Of a stretch of DNA of 64,000 bases, positions 10,586-20,779 are shown piece after piece; position 1 is the stretch's first letter, and the number at the start of each line of letters is the position of its first letter. Both the position numbers and the translations under genes were made by a program. Below the pieces are notes generated by a model. It did not search any database and had not been told where the DNA came from. It saw nothing but the letters and a program-made list of their open reading frames with translations. This DNA comes from an uncultured delta proteobacterium (lineage in GTDB: Bacteria; Desulfobacterota; Desulfomonilia; Desulfomonilales; Desulfomonilaceae), in NCBI GenBank assembly GCA_963789265.1, contig CAWBKB010000001.1, positions 2,112,001 through 2,176,000 of the forward strand, in the 5' to 3' direction.

Positions 10586-11430
10586 CCCGCCACCTCCTCA
10601 ACATAGAGATCAGGATGCACCAGTTCTTTCAGTTTGGATTCGATGCCGCCTTTTGTTAATGCTGAACTGGGGCAAGATGTACAAATGCCCCTCAGTGCCA
10701 CGACAACCCGATTCCCTTCCAGATCGATCAGCTCCACGTCGCCGCCATCCTGTTGAAGCATAGGGCGAATCTCTTTTTCCATAACTTCCTGAATTTTGGC
10801 GATCTTCTGAATGTTCGTCATTCGCTGTCGAGGCCGGCCATCAGTCGTCTCTTCCTGTTTGAGCTCTCCCCTCACTTCTGCTATGATTTCGGCGATTCTC
10901 TCCTGGCACTGCCCGCATCCGCCGCCGGCCTTGGTGTAATTTGTCACCTCTTCAACCGTAGAAAGATTATTTGCCCTGATCTCTCGCTTAATTTGCTCGT
11001 CCGTAACGCCGAAGCACTGGCACACCAGTTCGCCTTCTACTTCTCCTTCGAGTGCCGGCTCTTTGCGATAACAGGCCACGGCGGCATGGAACGCGTCACG
11101 CCCCATCACTGAACAGTGCATCTTCTGCTGAGGCAACCCGCCGAGATAGTCTGCAATATCCTGGTTCGTTATTTTCATTGCCTCGTCTACAGTTTTCCCT
11201 TTGACCATTTCAGTCAGCGCACTGCTGGATGCGATTGCGCTCCCGCATCCGAAGGTCTGGAATCGTACGTCAACTATCTTATCGGTCTCCGGGTCTATCT
11301 TCAGGAAAAGTTTCAACGCGTCCCCGCAGGCAATGGAACCCACCTCTCCAACGGCGCTCGCGTCCTCCAGCACTCCCACGTTTCTTGGGTTGAAGAAATG
11401 ATCTTTCAGTTTTTCGCTATATTCCCACAT
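10582..11430 (-). CDS. nifU: Fe-S scaffold NifU (IscU + BFD-like 2Fe-2S + Nfu domains)
   Basis: ACGD, TFGCGSA, KMHCS, CQC...GGGCGQC, C-terminal CTSC. Confidence 0.95.
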   Translation of the reverse strand: MWEYSEKLKDHFFNPRNVGVLEDASAVGEVGSIACGDALKLFLKIDPETDKIVDVRFQTFGCGSAIASSSALTEMVKGKTVDEAMKITNQDIADYLGGLPQQKMHCSVMGRDAFHAAVACYRKEPALEGEVEGELVCQCFGVTDEQIKREIRANNLSTVEEVTNYTKAGGGCGQCQERIAEIIAEVRGELKQEETTDGRPRQRMTNIQKIAKIQEVMEKEIRPMLQQDGGDVELIDLEGNRVVVALRGICTSCPSSALTKGGIESKLKELVHPDLYVEEVAG

Positions 11431-11820
11431 AGGACACCTCTTCCCTTCTCGCTAATCGTAACCGCCCCCCCCCCCAAAAAAATATCAAATCACCCCTGTC
11501 ACTGCAAGAATCAGGGTTTTGAACCTATCTACACTTTAGATGTCTCAGAGACCAGCGAGGTTCTGAATTATTGCACAGGTGGCGTGTCGAGCCATAAATT
11601 GCGTACAAAGGTTCTTGAACGCCGGGAGCGGCTATGTTATGAAAATGTCTTTCGTCGAGCCAAACCGTGGAAGAAGTAGTTCTCTCGAATTCATCGAAAA
11701 GCCTTGCGGTACGGTAGGCAAGATTAATACTTTTCGACCCCTTTGCAAGGAGATGGACGAGCGGGCCGGGTATTCAGCCGCATTTCGGTGCCGGGTGCCC
11801 GGATGTATGAATGGAGTCGA

Positions 11821-12609
11821 ATGGTGACCTTGAAGTTCAAAAAGATTTGCAAGTTTTGTGCGCCCGCTGTTTCTATGTTGCCATTGTTGGCAGCTTGCGC
11901 GATGAAGGCCCCCGCCGCGCCGGCTCATCTCGACAGTCTCATTAATGGGATTGAAAGAAAAGCCTACGTGGTGAACCAATTCCGTGCCAAGTTCGTCAAG
12001 ACACGCCACAGTGCCGTCTTCAACCGAGATCTTAGCGTTAAAGGCGACATTGTTTTTCAGAAACCCAACAGATTTTGGCTGGCCATGTCGGGAGACGTGA
12101 ACGTTGACATTCTTTCCGATGGGAAGGTCATTGCCGTGGTACACGATCACTCCGATAAGGAAGTGTACCACGTGGAAGGCGACCGCGACTTGTCCAAGTT
12201 CGCCGATCCGTTGGTGCTGATCATGCAAGGGATCGGAGAAGGGGCCTTACGAAGATTTGCTGTAGTGAAGAACCTGCGCGAAGGCAATGCAAATGTGCTC
12301 GATGTCGAGCCGAACAACGATAGTAACTTTGAACGGATAAAAGACATCTGGCTGAGTTTCTCGGACTTTGGAGAGATGAACAAGGTGTTTATTTTGTTCA
12401 AGAACGGCGACCGAGATGAAACCGTTTTCCAGTCCTGGGCCCTCCTGGTGCGCGATGATCCCGAAATCCTTAAGCTTAACAAGCGCCTGGAAGATATTGC
12501 CGCGCGACCGGCCCAAACTCGACCCAAGGACCGAGCGGGAAATGCACTTGCTGAAATGAAAGATCAGGACGTACCGCAGGTCGGTCAGGCCGGGACTGCA
12601 AAACAATAA
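11821..12609 (+). CDS. LolA-like outer-membrane lipoprotein carrier family protein, predicted lipoprotein
   Basis: FRAKFVK...GDIVFQKPNRF...ILSDGK pattern of LolA fold; lipobox LAAC. Confidence 0.7.
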   Translation: MVTLKFKKICKFCAPAVSMLPLLAACAMKAPAAPAHLDSLINGIERKAYVVNQFRAKFVKTRHSAVFNRDLSVKGDIVFQKPNRFWLAMSGDVNVDILSDGKVIAVVHDHSDKEVYHVEGDRDLSKFADPLVLIMQGIGEGALRRFAVVKNLREGNANVLDVEPNNDSNFERIKDIWLSFSDFGEMNKVFILFKNGDRDETVFQSWALLVRDDPEILKLNKRLEDIAARPAQTRPKDRAGNALAEMKDQDVPQVGQAGTAKQ

Positions 12610-12931
12610 CCCTTCCCAATGATGTAACTTTCAAGCTTGTGACAGAGCAAGGTGTGGTGGGCCGGCGCCAATTTGGCGGCTCCCTTTCAAAAGGCCTGAT
12701 ACTAATTCGCATTCAAAATCCCCCCTCCCCCCATAGGCGTTAAAATAAGAAGGCACTCCGATTTTGTGAGCCCTAGACGGGCTCAATGACAGTAGCCCGG
12801 CAATTCATTGCCGGGTGACCCATGAGCAATGATTCAGTTCTTCGTCTCCGAAGGGCGCTCGAAGGATGAATCCTTCGAGCGCCCTTCGGAGACGAAGAAG
12901 GATCTCTCGGCCGTTCATTCCCGGCGATAAA

Positions 12932-14607
12932 GAAACTGTCTCAAAAGTCGATTTTGGGCTCGCGATTCTCAACCGATTCTACTAATGAGATGTGAAAAGA
13001 GAATCGGAGAGGGAAAGGATTATGCCGCAAATCAGAGCCGACTACAAGCAGGTGTTTCTGCTTCCGCCCGCTATAGATGACTGGATAGGGCCTGATCATC
13101 CAGCGCGCTTCATAGGAGACTTTGTGGATTCCTTGGATTTGGAGGTGCTGGGTTTTCGAGTTCCGAATGGCGAAACGGGCCGTCCTCCCTATAGTACCGA
13201 TCTTTTGTTGAAGGCATGGCTCTACGGCTATTTCAGCAGAATCAGGTCATCGCGCAAGCTTGAGAAGGCATGCATGGAGAACATGGGATTGATTTGGCTG
13301 ACGGGTATGAATGCAGCGGATCATAATACCCTGTGGCGATTCTGGAGGGACAACAAGAAGGTTTTCAAGGGAATATTCAAACAATCGGTTCAAGTGGCAG
13401 TCAAAGCCGAGTTGATAGGTATGGCGGTTCATGCATTGGATGGAACCAAGATCCCTGTCGGATCATCTCGGGAGAAGTTCAAGAACCAAGATCAGTTGGA
13501 GCGGATGCTTGAGAATTTGGACAAGTGCGTTGCCGACGTCATGACGGAGACAGAGAGGTGCGAGCAAGAGGAGGGTGGCGAATGGCGTCTTCCCGAAGCC
13601 CTGCAGGACGAGTTGAAACGCAAGGAGCGGATACAGAAGGCCTTGCAGGAATTGGATAAGACTGACAAGAAGGTCGTCCATCCCTGCGAGCCGGATGCCC
13701 GGTACATGAAGAACCGGCGGTCTACTGAGCCCTCTTACAATGCTCAAGCGGTGGCAGACCAACAAAGCGGCATGATTGTGGCTGAGGAAGTGGTCGACGA
13801 AGGCAATGACAATGGGCAGCTTGTTCCCATGCTGGATCGAGTTCAGGAAAATTTGGGCGCAACCGCAGAGGAAACCGTGGCGGACGCAGGATACTTCGCA
13901 TCGGCTCAAATCGCGTTGGCCGAAGAGAAGGAGTACGAGGTCTTGGTCGCCAAGTCGTCGGGAGAGTCCGCTGCGGAAAAAGGCGCTCAATGGGACCCTT
14001 ATCACGCTTCCCAGTTCGTCTACGACCAAGAGCGAGACGTCTGTATTTGTCCGCAAGGCGCATCGCTGAACTTTCTTCAGAAGAAAGTCACAGGAAAAAA
14101 CGGAAACGAGATCCGGCGGTATCGATGCCGGGACTACTTGACGTGTCCTGAACGGTGGAAGTGCAGCAAGAGCAAGAATGGCCGTCTCATAGACATTAAC
14201 ATCTATCGTGACGCAGTTGAGCGCCACCGCAAGAAACGGGAGGTCCCGGAAAGCAAGACGCTACTCCGAGCCCGCAAGGTGATCATTGAGCCGGTCTTTG
14301 CATGGATAAAGAGCCACTTGGACTTTAGACGGTGGACCGTGTCCGGATTATCCAATGCGAGGGCTCAATGGTCTTTGATGTGCGCCACCTTGAATCTCAA
14401 GAAGCTCTACAGCCATTGGCTGACGGGGCGTCTGGTGCTAACCGCGGCCTAAGACATCAGGACGGAGAGTGACTCATGGCTGCCTGAGGCATACTCATAG
14501 CCGGCCCCGGCTCGTCGGAGACAAGGGAGGCCAAGGTGCGAGATTAACCGCACCCTACCACCCCGAGAGTCGTCATCGTGCCACTACAACCGTTTTGAGA
14601 CACTCTC
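12932..14607 (+). mobile_element. IS1182-family insertion sequence
   Basis: Terminal inverted repeats GAAACTGTCTCAAAA / TTTTGAGACACTCTC bracket the transposase. Confidence 0.88.
13022..14452 (+). CDS. IS1182-family DDE transposase
   Basis: DUF772-like N-terminus (GRPPY, SSRKLEKAC), LDGTK, YNAQ, ADAGY, IEPVFAWIK. Confidence 0.92.
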   Translation: MPQIRADYKQVFLLPPAIDDWIGPDHPARFIGDFVDSLDLEVLGFRVPNGETGRPPYSTDLLLKAWLYGYFSRIRSSRKLEKACMENMGLIWLTGMNAADHNTLWRFWRDNKKVFKGIFKQSVQVAVKAELIGMAVHALDGTKIPVGSSREKFKNQDQLERMLENLDKCVADVMTETERCEQEEGGEWRLPEALQDELKRKERIQKALQELDKTDKKVVHPCEPDARYMKNRRSTEPSYNAQAVADQQSGMIVAEEVVDEGNDNGQLVPMLDRVQENLGATAEETVADAGYFASAQIALAEEKEYEVLVAKSSGESAAEKGAQWDPYHASQFVYDQERDVCICPQGASLNFLQKKVTGKNGNEIRRYRCRDYLTCPERWKCSKSKNGRLIDINIYRDAVERHRKKREVPESKTLLRARKVIIEPVFAWIKSHLDFRRWTVSGLSNARAQWSLMCATLNLKKLYSHWLTGRLVLTAA

Positions 14608-14821
14608 TTTATCGCCGGGCTACTATGGTGCCGTCCCTCCGGGACGAAGAGGACTTGGAGCCTATTTTAACGCCTGTGGGGTTAGAGGGATTTCATTTCA
14701 ACTTTGAACGCGAATTCCTATGAAAACTTCCTTTATCGACCAGCAGTCCCGCGTTCCCGCGCAGGGCGTCGTCATCAGGTCATTTGCCACATCGGTCACA
14801 ACTCGTGAGAATCGCAGTATA

Positions 14822-15055
14822 TTACTTCCTACTCACGCGTATCTTGTCCGGAAAATAGAGCAGATCCGTCTCCATTTGTACGAATCTCCACGATTCACCC
14901 GCAAAGCACGCAAATTCCCATCCAAAATCGACGGGGCGGGCCCAAACCCCCTGTCGGGGGACCTTCAAATCTCCCTCAGGGAAAACGTCGCCCTTCCGGA
15001 AGAATCGGGCCTCCCATTTGATACCGTTGACAGTATAATAGCGGCTTGCGATCAC
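14822..15055 (-). CDS. Small hypothetical protein
   Basis: GTG start after GAGGA; same orientation as neighbours; no recognised motif. Confidence 0.45.
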   Translation of the reverse strand: MIASRYYTVNGIKWEARFFRKGDVFPEGDLKVPRQGVWARPVDFGWEFACFAGESWRFVQMETDLLYFPDKIRVSRK

Positions 15056-15136
15056 GGACGTTCCTCATAATGCTTTGATGCCAAATTCACGTTATGACAT
15101 TATCTTAGCAAGAAAACGAGCAGCCTGCGATGGGCC

Positions 15137-15352
15137 TCAAGGCCCGTCCCAACCGGGGGCAATCCCGACATGACTCCGACTGTTGCGGGAGGACTTTCGG
15201 CGGATTGCAACATATATCATTACAGGCGATGCAACAATAAGAGACAGGATGGCAACAAGTGCCGTCAAGCTCAGGACTGGAATCATTGCCACAAGGAATC
15301 CGATCGTTCTCGCCTTCGCTATCGTACGGGCTCGTCGATTTGCTCGTCCCAT
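15137..15352 (-). CDS. Small membrane protein
   Basis: Basic N-terminus and long hydrophobic stretch, starts 12 nt after the upstream stop. Confidence 0.5.
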   Translation of the reverse strand: MGRANRRARTIAKARTIGFLVAMIPVLSLTALVAILSLIVASPVMIYVAIRRKSSRNSRSHVGIAPGWDGP

Positions 15353-15363
15353 GTTCCTGGCCC

Positions 15364-15714
15364 TCAACGTCGAGATGCATCGACCATGACTTGGTACCCG
15401 TCTTTGGTCCTCAAGACCCCCACAAGGTGTCCCGCAGGTGTAAGGTTTCCCCAAAATCGATGACCGCTACCGTGGCTTGCAAAGACCTTGGCTCCGTTGA
15501 CCGTCCCCGTAAAATGGTACGTGTCTTTCTGGCCCAAGGGACTGTATACACGCGCTACGCCCGTGACGCGGTTACCATTTTGGTTTATTGTCGCCTGGAT
15601 GAGGGAGCCCATGACTCGGCCTTCCCAATTGCCCGAAAAGTTCGCCCCCGCCACCGCGGCCGAAAAACATAACAGGATTAGTATCGTAGTTAAGGCAACC
15701 AACTGCCTAACCAT
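15364..15714 (-). CDS. Secreted beta-rich hypothetical protein
   Basis: AGGAG RBS, signal peptide, FSGNWEG...VTG pattern. Confidence 0.75.
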   Translation of the reverse strand: MVRQLVALTTILILLCFSAAVAGANFSGNWEGRVMGSLIQATINQNGNRVTGVARVYSPLGQKDTYHFTGTVNGAKVFASHGSGHRFWGNLTPAGHLVGVLRTKDGYQVMVDASRR

Positions 15715-15912
15715 TTGATCTCCTTTCAGTAAACTCTACAGATGAGCGCTCCGGACCTGGCTCAAAGGAGCCTGCTGAGCCAGGTGGATTGCACCAAAAG
15801 GGATTTTTCAGATTATGAATCAATAGGTTCCCTATGCCCACTCTTTGTTCCCTGATTGATGGCACCGGTGAAAGTGAGCCTGTCTAAAAGCACTCTGCGG
15901 CAAGTTTTTCCC

Positions 15913-16302
15913 TCAGGGGACATCCAACCGAATGGTCCCGGTGAACCACCGCACACATTGCCGCGCAAGGCGGACCGCGAAACGTGAATCACCCACTACT
16001 AAGGCACCGAATCGTCCGTCTTTGACCCTCACAATAAACAGTCCCCCGGTAAATTCTTTTCCCTCGTTCGCCCGCTCGATCTTAATGGTGCATTTGCTCA
16101 TCAGGACCACGCATTCCGGATCCAGTTCCTCCAGCGCCAAAAGGACACTCTGGGCAATTCCGAGCAAGAGGTGCCGATCAGGCCTGGGCAGTCCTTCATC
16201 GAGGTATATTTCAGGAGGTTGGTTCTCTTCCACCCGGATCGCCAGTTCTGCGTCCAGTGAAAAAAGAGGCAGCGAAGGCAACGGATCAATCAATATCCGC
16301 AT
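15913..16302 (-). CDS. Hypothetical protein
   Basis: 129-aa ORF co-oriented with the rlmB operon. Confidence 0.6.
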   Translation of the reverse strand: MRILIDPLPSLPLFSLDAELAIRVEENQPPEIYLDEGLPRPDRHLLLGIAQSVLLALEELDPECVVLMSKCTIKIERANEGKEFTGGLFIVRVKDGRFGALVVGDSRFAVRLARQCVRWFTGTIRLDVP

Positions 16303-16340
16303 GAGACTTTGCCCAGACTAAGCGTGATTCCGAAAAACTA

Positions 16341-16551
16341 GGCACACTGGTGCCTAAATTCGGTCTCGTATTCTGGTACCATTATGCATTCCCGAGCACA
16401 CGGGAATCCCTTGTAGGGGCACCTCTAGTGGGTGCCCGCAAGAGGGCAGACACAAGGTCTGCCCCTACGCGTCCCCGAAGGAAGTCCAGGGTGACGGTGT
16501 CGGATTAGTTTGCAAGCGCACACCGCATTGCCGGAAAGAAGATACTGTACT
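16341..16551. mobile_element. Degenerate AGTAC-ended MITE with REP-like cargo
   Basis: Ends resemble 28255..28405 and 35527..35669; flanked by CTA/TAG; contains GTAG...CTAC repeat 16413-16468. Confidence 0.45.
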
Positions 16552-16594
16552 TAGGAAATCGAGTACTAAGCACCGATTTATCGAGAAAAACAAC

Positions 16595-17356
16595 TCAACG
16601 GCCGACCCTCATCCGCTGACGAAGCGCTTCTGCCAAAAGAATAGCCGTGGCTTGTGAAACGTTAAGGGAGCTAATTGCGCCCGTCATCGGAATGGAAACC
16701 ATAGCGTCGCATTTCTCACGTACGAGACGCCGAGTGCCTTTTCCCTCGGAGCCCAGCACAAATGCAAGCCTTCCTGTCAGGTCGGTTGTGAAACATACCG
16801 CCTGTGCTCCCGAATCCGTTCCGTATACCCAACATCCTGATTCTTTGAGCTGTTCTATCGCTCGTACTAGGTTGACCACCTTGGCCACCGGCACATGGGC
16901 GGCGGCTCCGGCAGATGTTTTCTCCACGGCGGGCGTAACCGCTACGGAACGATCTTTGCTCAGGATTACCGCAGCAGCGCCAAGGCATTCGGCGCTGCGC
17001 AAGATGCTTCCCAGATTCGCGGGATCTTGGATTGCGTCCAGAACGAGTATAGGGCGCTGCTCGCCGGCTAACGTTGAAACGATGTGCGAGAATTCGACAT
17101 ACGGAAAGGGGCCCACCCGAGCGGCAAGTCCCTGATGATTAGGGGAACCGGTTATGGAGAGCAACTCGTTGCCGGAGACTCTTGCCAAGGGAATCTGTGA
17201 AGCTTCAAGTTGCGCGGTCAGATTCCACCGAGGAGACGGATCCCTCGCCAGATATATCTCTTGAATTTGCCTTCGGCCAGCCTTCAGCGTTTCTACGACA
17301 GGATGGACGCCATAAATCACCGTACGGCCCGGCCTAGCAGGTTGCTTCCTCTTCAA
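16595..17356 (-). CDS. rlmB: 23S rRNA (Gm2251) 2'-O-methyltransferase RlmB
   Basis: [35 protein letters not shown] SpoU motifs. Confidence 0.92.
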   Translation of the reverse strand: MKRKQPARPGRTVIYGVHPVVETLKAGRRQIQEIYLARDPSPRWNLTAQLEASQIPLARVSGNELLSITGSPNHQGLAARVGPFPYVEFSHIVSTLAGEQRPILVLDAIQDPANLGSILRSAECLGAAAVILSKDRSVAVTPAVEKTSAGAAAHVPVAKVVNLVRAIEQLKESGCWVYGTDSGAQAVCFTTDLTGRLAFVLGSEGKGTRRLVREKCDAMVSIPMTGAISSLNVSQATAILLAEALRQRMRVGR

Positions 17357-17598
17357 TCCGATTTCTTGTCCACGACCAGACTGTCTTTCTCATCAATTTC
17401 ATCCGGAGCGGGTAGTCGGCCCCCGACTTTCCCTTTTGCAATCTCACGGAGCGCCATGACCACTTCTCTGTTGTCTCTTTCATGAACCAACAGTGGAGCG
17501 CCTCTCTTCAACTCCTTAGTTCGCTTGGAGGCAAGAATAACCAAAGCGAATCGATTCTCCACCTTTTCCAGACAATCTTCAACAGTGACTCGTGCCAT
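17353..17598 (-). CDS. rpoZ: RNA polymerase omega subunit
   Basis: [20 protein letters not shown]...ALREIA. Confidence 0.96.
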   Translation of the reverse strand: MARVTVEDCLEKVENRFALVILASKRTKELKRGAPLLVHERDNREVVMALREIAKGKVGGRLPAPDEIDEKDSLVVDKKSD

Positions 17599-17613
17599 TT
17601 TTGATATCTCTCA

Positions 17614-18525
17614 TCATTCAATGTTTTGGGTCTGTTCTCTGATTTTTTCCAGCTCTGCCTTGATGTTTACCACATAGGATGCCACATTCGTCGAAGCGGA
17701 CTTGGAGCCCAGAGTGTTAACCTCCCTGTGGAGTTCTTGCAGGAGGAAATCCAATTTTCGTCCGAGCGGCGATCCTTCGGCACCAAAGACAAGGAACTGG
17801 TGCACGTGGCTCTCCAGGCGAGTAAGTTCCTCGGTAACGTCGGAGCGATCGGCTATGATGGCCACCTCTTGCAAAATGCGATCTCGATCTAGTTCCAGCC
17901 CGCCGATCAGTTCCTGCACCCTCTTCTCAAGTTTTTCCTTCGCCGCCAAAGTAACCTGATTCACCATCGGCCTGATGCTTCCGACCATGTCACGAATAGC
18001 AATTAGTCTGGCCTCGATATCTCTCCAAAGAGCAGTCCCCTCTACCTTCCTCATCTCGTCCAAAGCGGAAAGCGCCTGGCGCAAGCTGCGCTCCACCATC
18101 GGCCATTCCTGCTCGATCCCCTCTTCCCTTTCCAGCGGGACGATTATTTCCTTGAGGGTCAATATCTCTGAAAGGCTTATTTCACCGGATAGCCCGAACT
18201 TTTTTTTCAACTGCAACAGGCATTTATAATAGCCCTCCGCGAGGGGCTGATCCACCATCACGTCCATCAGACCGCCCTTGCCCCCTGTCCTATTGATAAC
18301 GACATCGAACTTGCCCCGTTCCACACTTTGAGCAACAATCTTGCGGATCTCGGGTTCAAAGCAATTATAGATTCTGGGGACTCTCAAAGAGATGTCCAAG
18401 AAGCGATGATTAACGGACCTAACTTCGGTAGCGATCTCCACCTCGCCGGCAGCATCCCTGCCCCGACCGAAGCCGGTCATGCTCCTCACCGAGCCGTTTG
18501 TGACGCTTGTTCCGCCAGCCTGCAT
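17614..18525 (-). CDS. yicC: YicC/YloC family endoribonuclease
   Basis: SMTGFG, EVRSVNHRFLD, GRKLDFLLQELHREVNTLGSK, IREQTQNIE; start uncertain. Confidence 0.93.
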   Translation of the reverse strand: MQAGGTSVTNGSVRSMTGFGRGRDAAGEVEIATEVRSVNHRFLDISLRVPRIYNCFEPEIRKIVAQSVERGKFDVVINRTGGKGGLMDVMVDQPLAEGYYKCLLQLKKKFGLSGEISLSEILTLKEIIVPLEREEGIEQEWPMVERSLRQALSALDEMRKVEGTALWRDIEARLIAIRDMVGSIRPMVNQVTLAAKEKLEKRVQELIGGLELDRDRILQEVAIIADRSDVTEELTRLESHVHQFLVFGAEGSPLGRKLDFLLQELHREVNTLGSKSASTNVASYVVNIKAELEKIREQTQNIE

Positions 18526-19032
18526 TTGTAACTTTCTCTGAGTCCGTTGAGGATTGCTATTAATTCCGAATCCGCGTAATCGGGATATGTCCATTCGAGT
18601 GGGCGATACGAGCCTGCCCGGAAAACCAGAGTTAGGTCTGCAAAAATCCCCTGCCCCAGGTAGATTCTGTGGGCATTATTCTTGCCGGTTGCGAGGACGA
18701 AATTCCCCAGCGTCAACAACCCGGGATCGAGATTGAACCTTCTCTTGCCCTCAATGGTATAGGCTTCTTCTATACTGTTAGTCAAGCACTTGATTCTGAC
18801 CAGTTCGTCCCGCTCCGCGAGATCGAGGAAGGACCAGAGCCATCTCAGGATGCCCGACCCCAATTCATCGTCGTAGTAAGAGGTATAATTAAACGCCAGA
18901 GGTCCTATCTCCGCGTCTACGGGGCCTAACTCCTGCACGAGCAACGATTTTGCAACATCCAGCACTTGTCGGTCCGGAAGAAAGTACGCTGACGATGACC
19001 CTGGCTGGTTCAGGGATACTGGGTAGACTCAA
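18486..19032 (-). CDS. DUF4416-family protein (frameshift near 18978)
   Basis: YTSYYDDELG, NLDPG, LATGKNNAHRIYLGQGIFADLTL, WTYPDY; N-terminus LSLPSIPEPARVIVSVL in another frame. Confidence 0.8.
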
Positions 19033-19149
19033 GGCACATCCTTGAACAAATTAGGGCTTATGCGCGGTTCGAGTCGTGAGGCCGTAAAGCGAAGCAATGA
19101 AGCCTCCGGGCCGAATTGGTGGGCACACTAAACGACCGCTGTGACGATA

Positions 19150-19830
19150 TCAATCAACATGCTTGTGGTTATTCTCCCCCGCTTCGAAGTCGATCCCCTC
19201 AAGCATTGCCTTTGGAACGGACTTGGGCATGGTCTCAAAAACTATGGGGGACTGCTCCCGGCGTCGCCGGATAACCTTCAACGGCTTCTGTATAGGGGCC
19301 GGAGCTACCGCTTCTGCATCAACTTTAGGGGTCCGCGCTCGCGGCATTTTCCGCGTTGAGACCACTCTGACAACCGGCACAGCACGCGGCTCTTGGGCGG
19401 GTGGGGCTTCTACCCGGGTTTCCGTCACCACCACAGGTGCAGGCTCTTCGACCGACTCCGGTTCTTCTACGATTTCGATCTGGCGCGACCTTAGAACAAG
19501 TATTTTGGGTACTCTTCCTTCAAGTCTCACTTTCTTGTTGGCTAGTCGGGGAATCTTGCGATTTGAAAGAGCGTCAAAACACACATGCGTTACCTTCTCG
19601 GATGTTTCGGATTCAAGCCTCTCTTCGGTCAGAGCCGCATCGTTCTCTGTGGCTCTTTGAGGGGCCGAGTTCTGCGAAATATACCACTCGCGGCCAACCT
19701 CTCGCATAAGCGACGGCGTTCGCGATTCGTATCCGAATGTCTTCTTTCCCGAAATGGGATCACCAAGATTTTCTCGGGGCAGTCCAATGCCTGCTCTGAG
19801 CATTTCTGCCCGCTCCTTGCCCCTTTTCAT
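19150..19830 (-). CDS. Hypothetical protein, Pro/Glu/Val-rich, likely partly disordered
   Basis: 226-aa ORF downstream of an AT-rich promoter-like region. Confidence 0.6.
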   Translation of the reverse strand: MKRGKERAEMLRAGIGLPRENLGDPISGKKTFGYESRTPSLMREVGREWYISQNSAPQRATENDAALTEERLESETSEKVTHVCFDALSNRKIPRLANKKVRLEGRVPKILVLRSRQIEIVEEPESVEEPAPVVVTETRVEAPPAQEPRAVPVVRVVSTRKMPRARTPKVDAEAVAPAPIQKPLKVIRRRREQSPIVFETMPKSVPKAMLEGIDFEAGENNHKHVD

Positions 19831-20248
19831 TTATTGCATCCTTTTGTTCGTATTTTTTTACTTCCGATTTAATCATAACGCATACTATATTTTTTTTCAA
19901 CAATTGCAGGGGCAATTCTCTTGTTTTTCTTGCGGAAACGCCTTTCAATATGAAGTTGACCTGTCCGGCTGTCAGAACGCATTATGCGGATCCTTGGGGC
20001 CTGCAAAGCCATTATGATCAACCGACGAAGTAATGTCGAATTGTATGTTGGGCCTCCGCTAGCAGCTAGATTCTAATTTATCAGAATGCCGCTTCGTTTT
20101 CCCCCTATGTTAGCCGGTTGACCGGAGGGACATACATTTCTTCGCTTGTGAGCCAAGTAATTCGAGATCGGTTTGTCTTTTCGAGATGAAAAAGAATATT
20201 ATCGCGCGGTCCGCGTTGCGCGAGCCTCTGCCCCCCGACTGCTTCTAC

Positions 20249-20623
20249 CTAAATTTTTCTGATCTTTTCCTCTTCTTCTTCGGAGGTTTTGCAATCAATG
20301 CAATGGGTAGTGACGGGCCTTGCTTCAAGCCGCTTGAAATCTATCGGTTCTCCACAAACCTCGCAAAACCCGAACGTGCCGTCCTCGATTTTCTCCAGGG
20401 TATTTCTTATCTTGTTGATCAGCTTGCGTTCCCTATCACGGATACGCAACTCGAAATTCCTATCCGATTCCATGGACGCTCGATCCGTAGGATCAGGAAA
20501 AGACTCCTTGCCTTCGGCCTCTGTCATCTCATCTACGGTTCTTCCTGCTCCCTTCACGAGTTCGTCCAATTGCTTCTGAAGTATTCCCTGGAAGTATTCC
20601 AGGTCTTCTTTTTTCAACTTCAT
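20249..20623 (-). CDS. dksA: RNA polymerase-binding protein DksA
   Basis: PDPTDRAS coiled-coil tip, CEVC...CIDC zinc finger. Confidence 0.93.
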   Translation of the reverse strand: MKLKKEDLEYFQGILQKQLDELVKGAGRTVDEMTEAEGKESFPDPTDRASMESDRNFELRIRDRERKLINKIRNTLEKIEDGTFGFCEVCGEPIDFKRLEARPVTTHCIDCKTSEEEEEKIRKI

Positions 20624-20779
20624 GACTGTCCTCCATCAACGCTTTCCATCACGGTAGGCGGCGATACTCGATCTGCTATAAGCCTATATTCTTCTAAACG
20701 TCCCCAACCCGGCCGGGAAGTCTTGACGATTCATATTGGTTATTCTCTACGCATCAGCCTCACTCACCTTGCGGCTCGC

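Larger units (their letters stand above)
12732..14678. mobile_element. CATAGGCG-ended MITE shell containing REP-like hairpins and the IS1182 insertion
   Basis: TIRs CATAGGCGTTAAAATA (12732) and TATTTTAACGCCTGTG (ends 14678); same ends as 33687..33874. Confidence 0.6.

Noticed and set aside
11520..11545. ATCTA-N5-TAGAT dyad upstream of nifU as an Rrf2/IscR site
   Set aside because: Too short to distinguish from chance; no Rrf2 gene nearby
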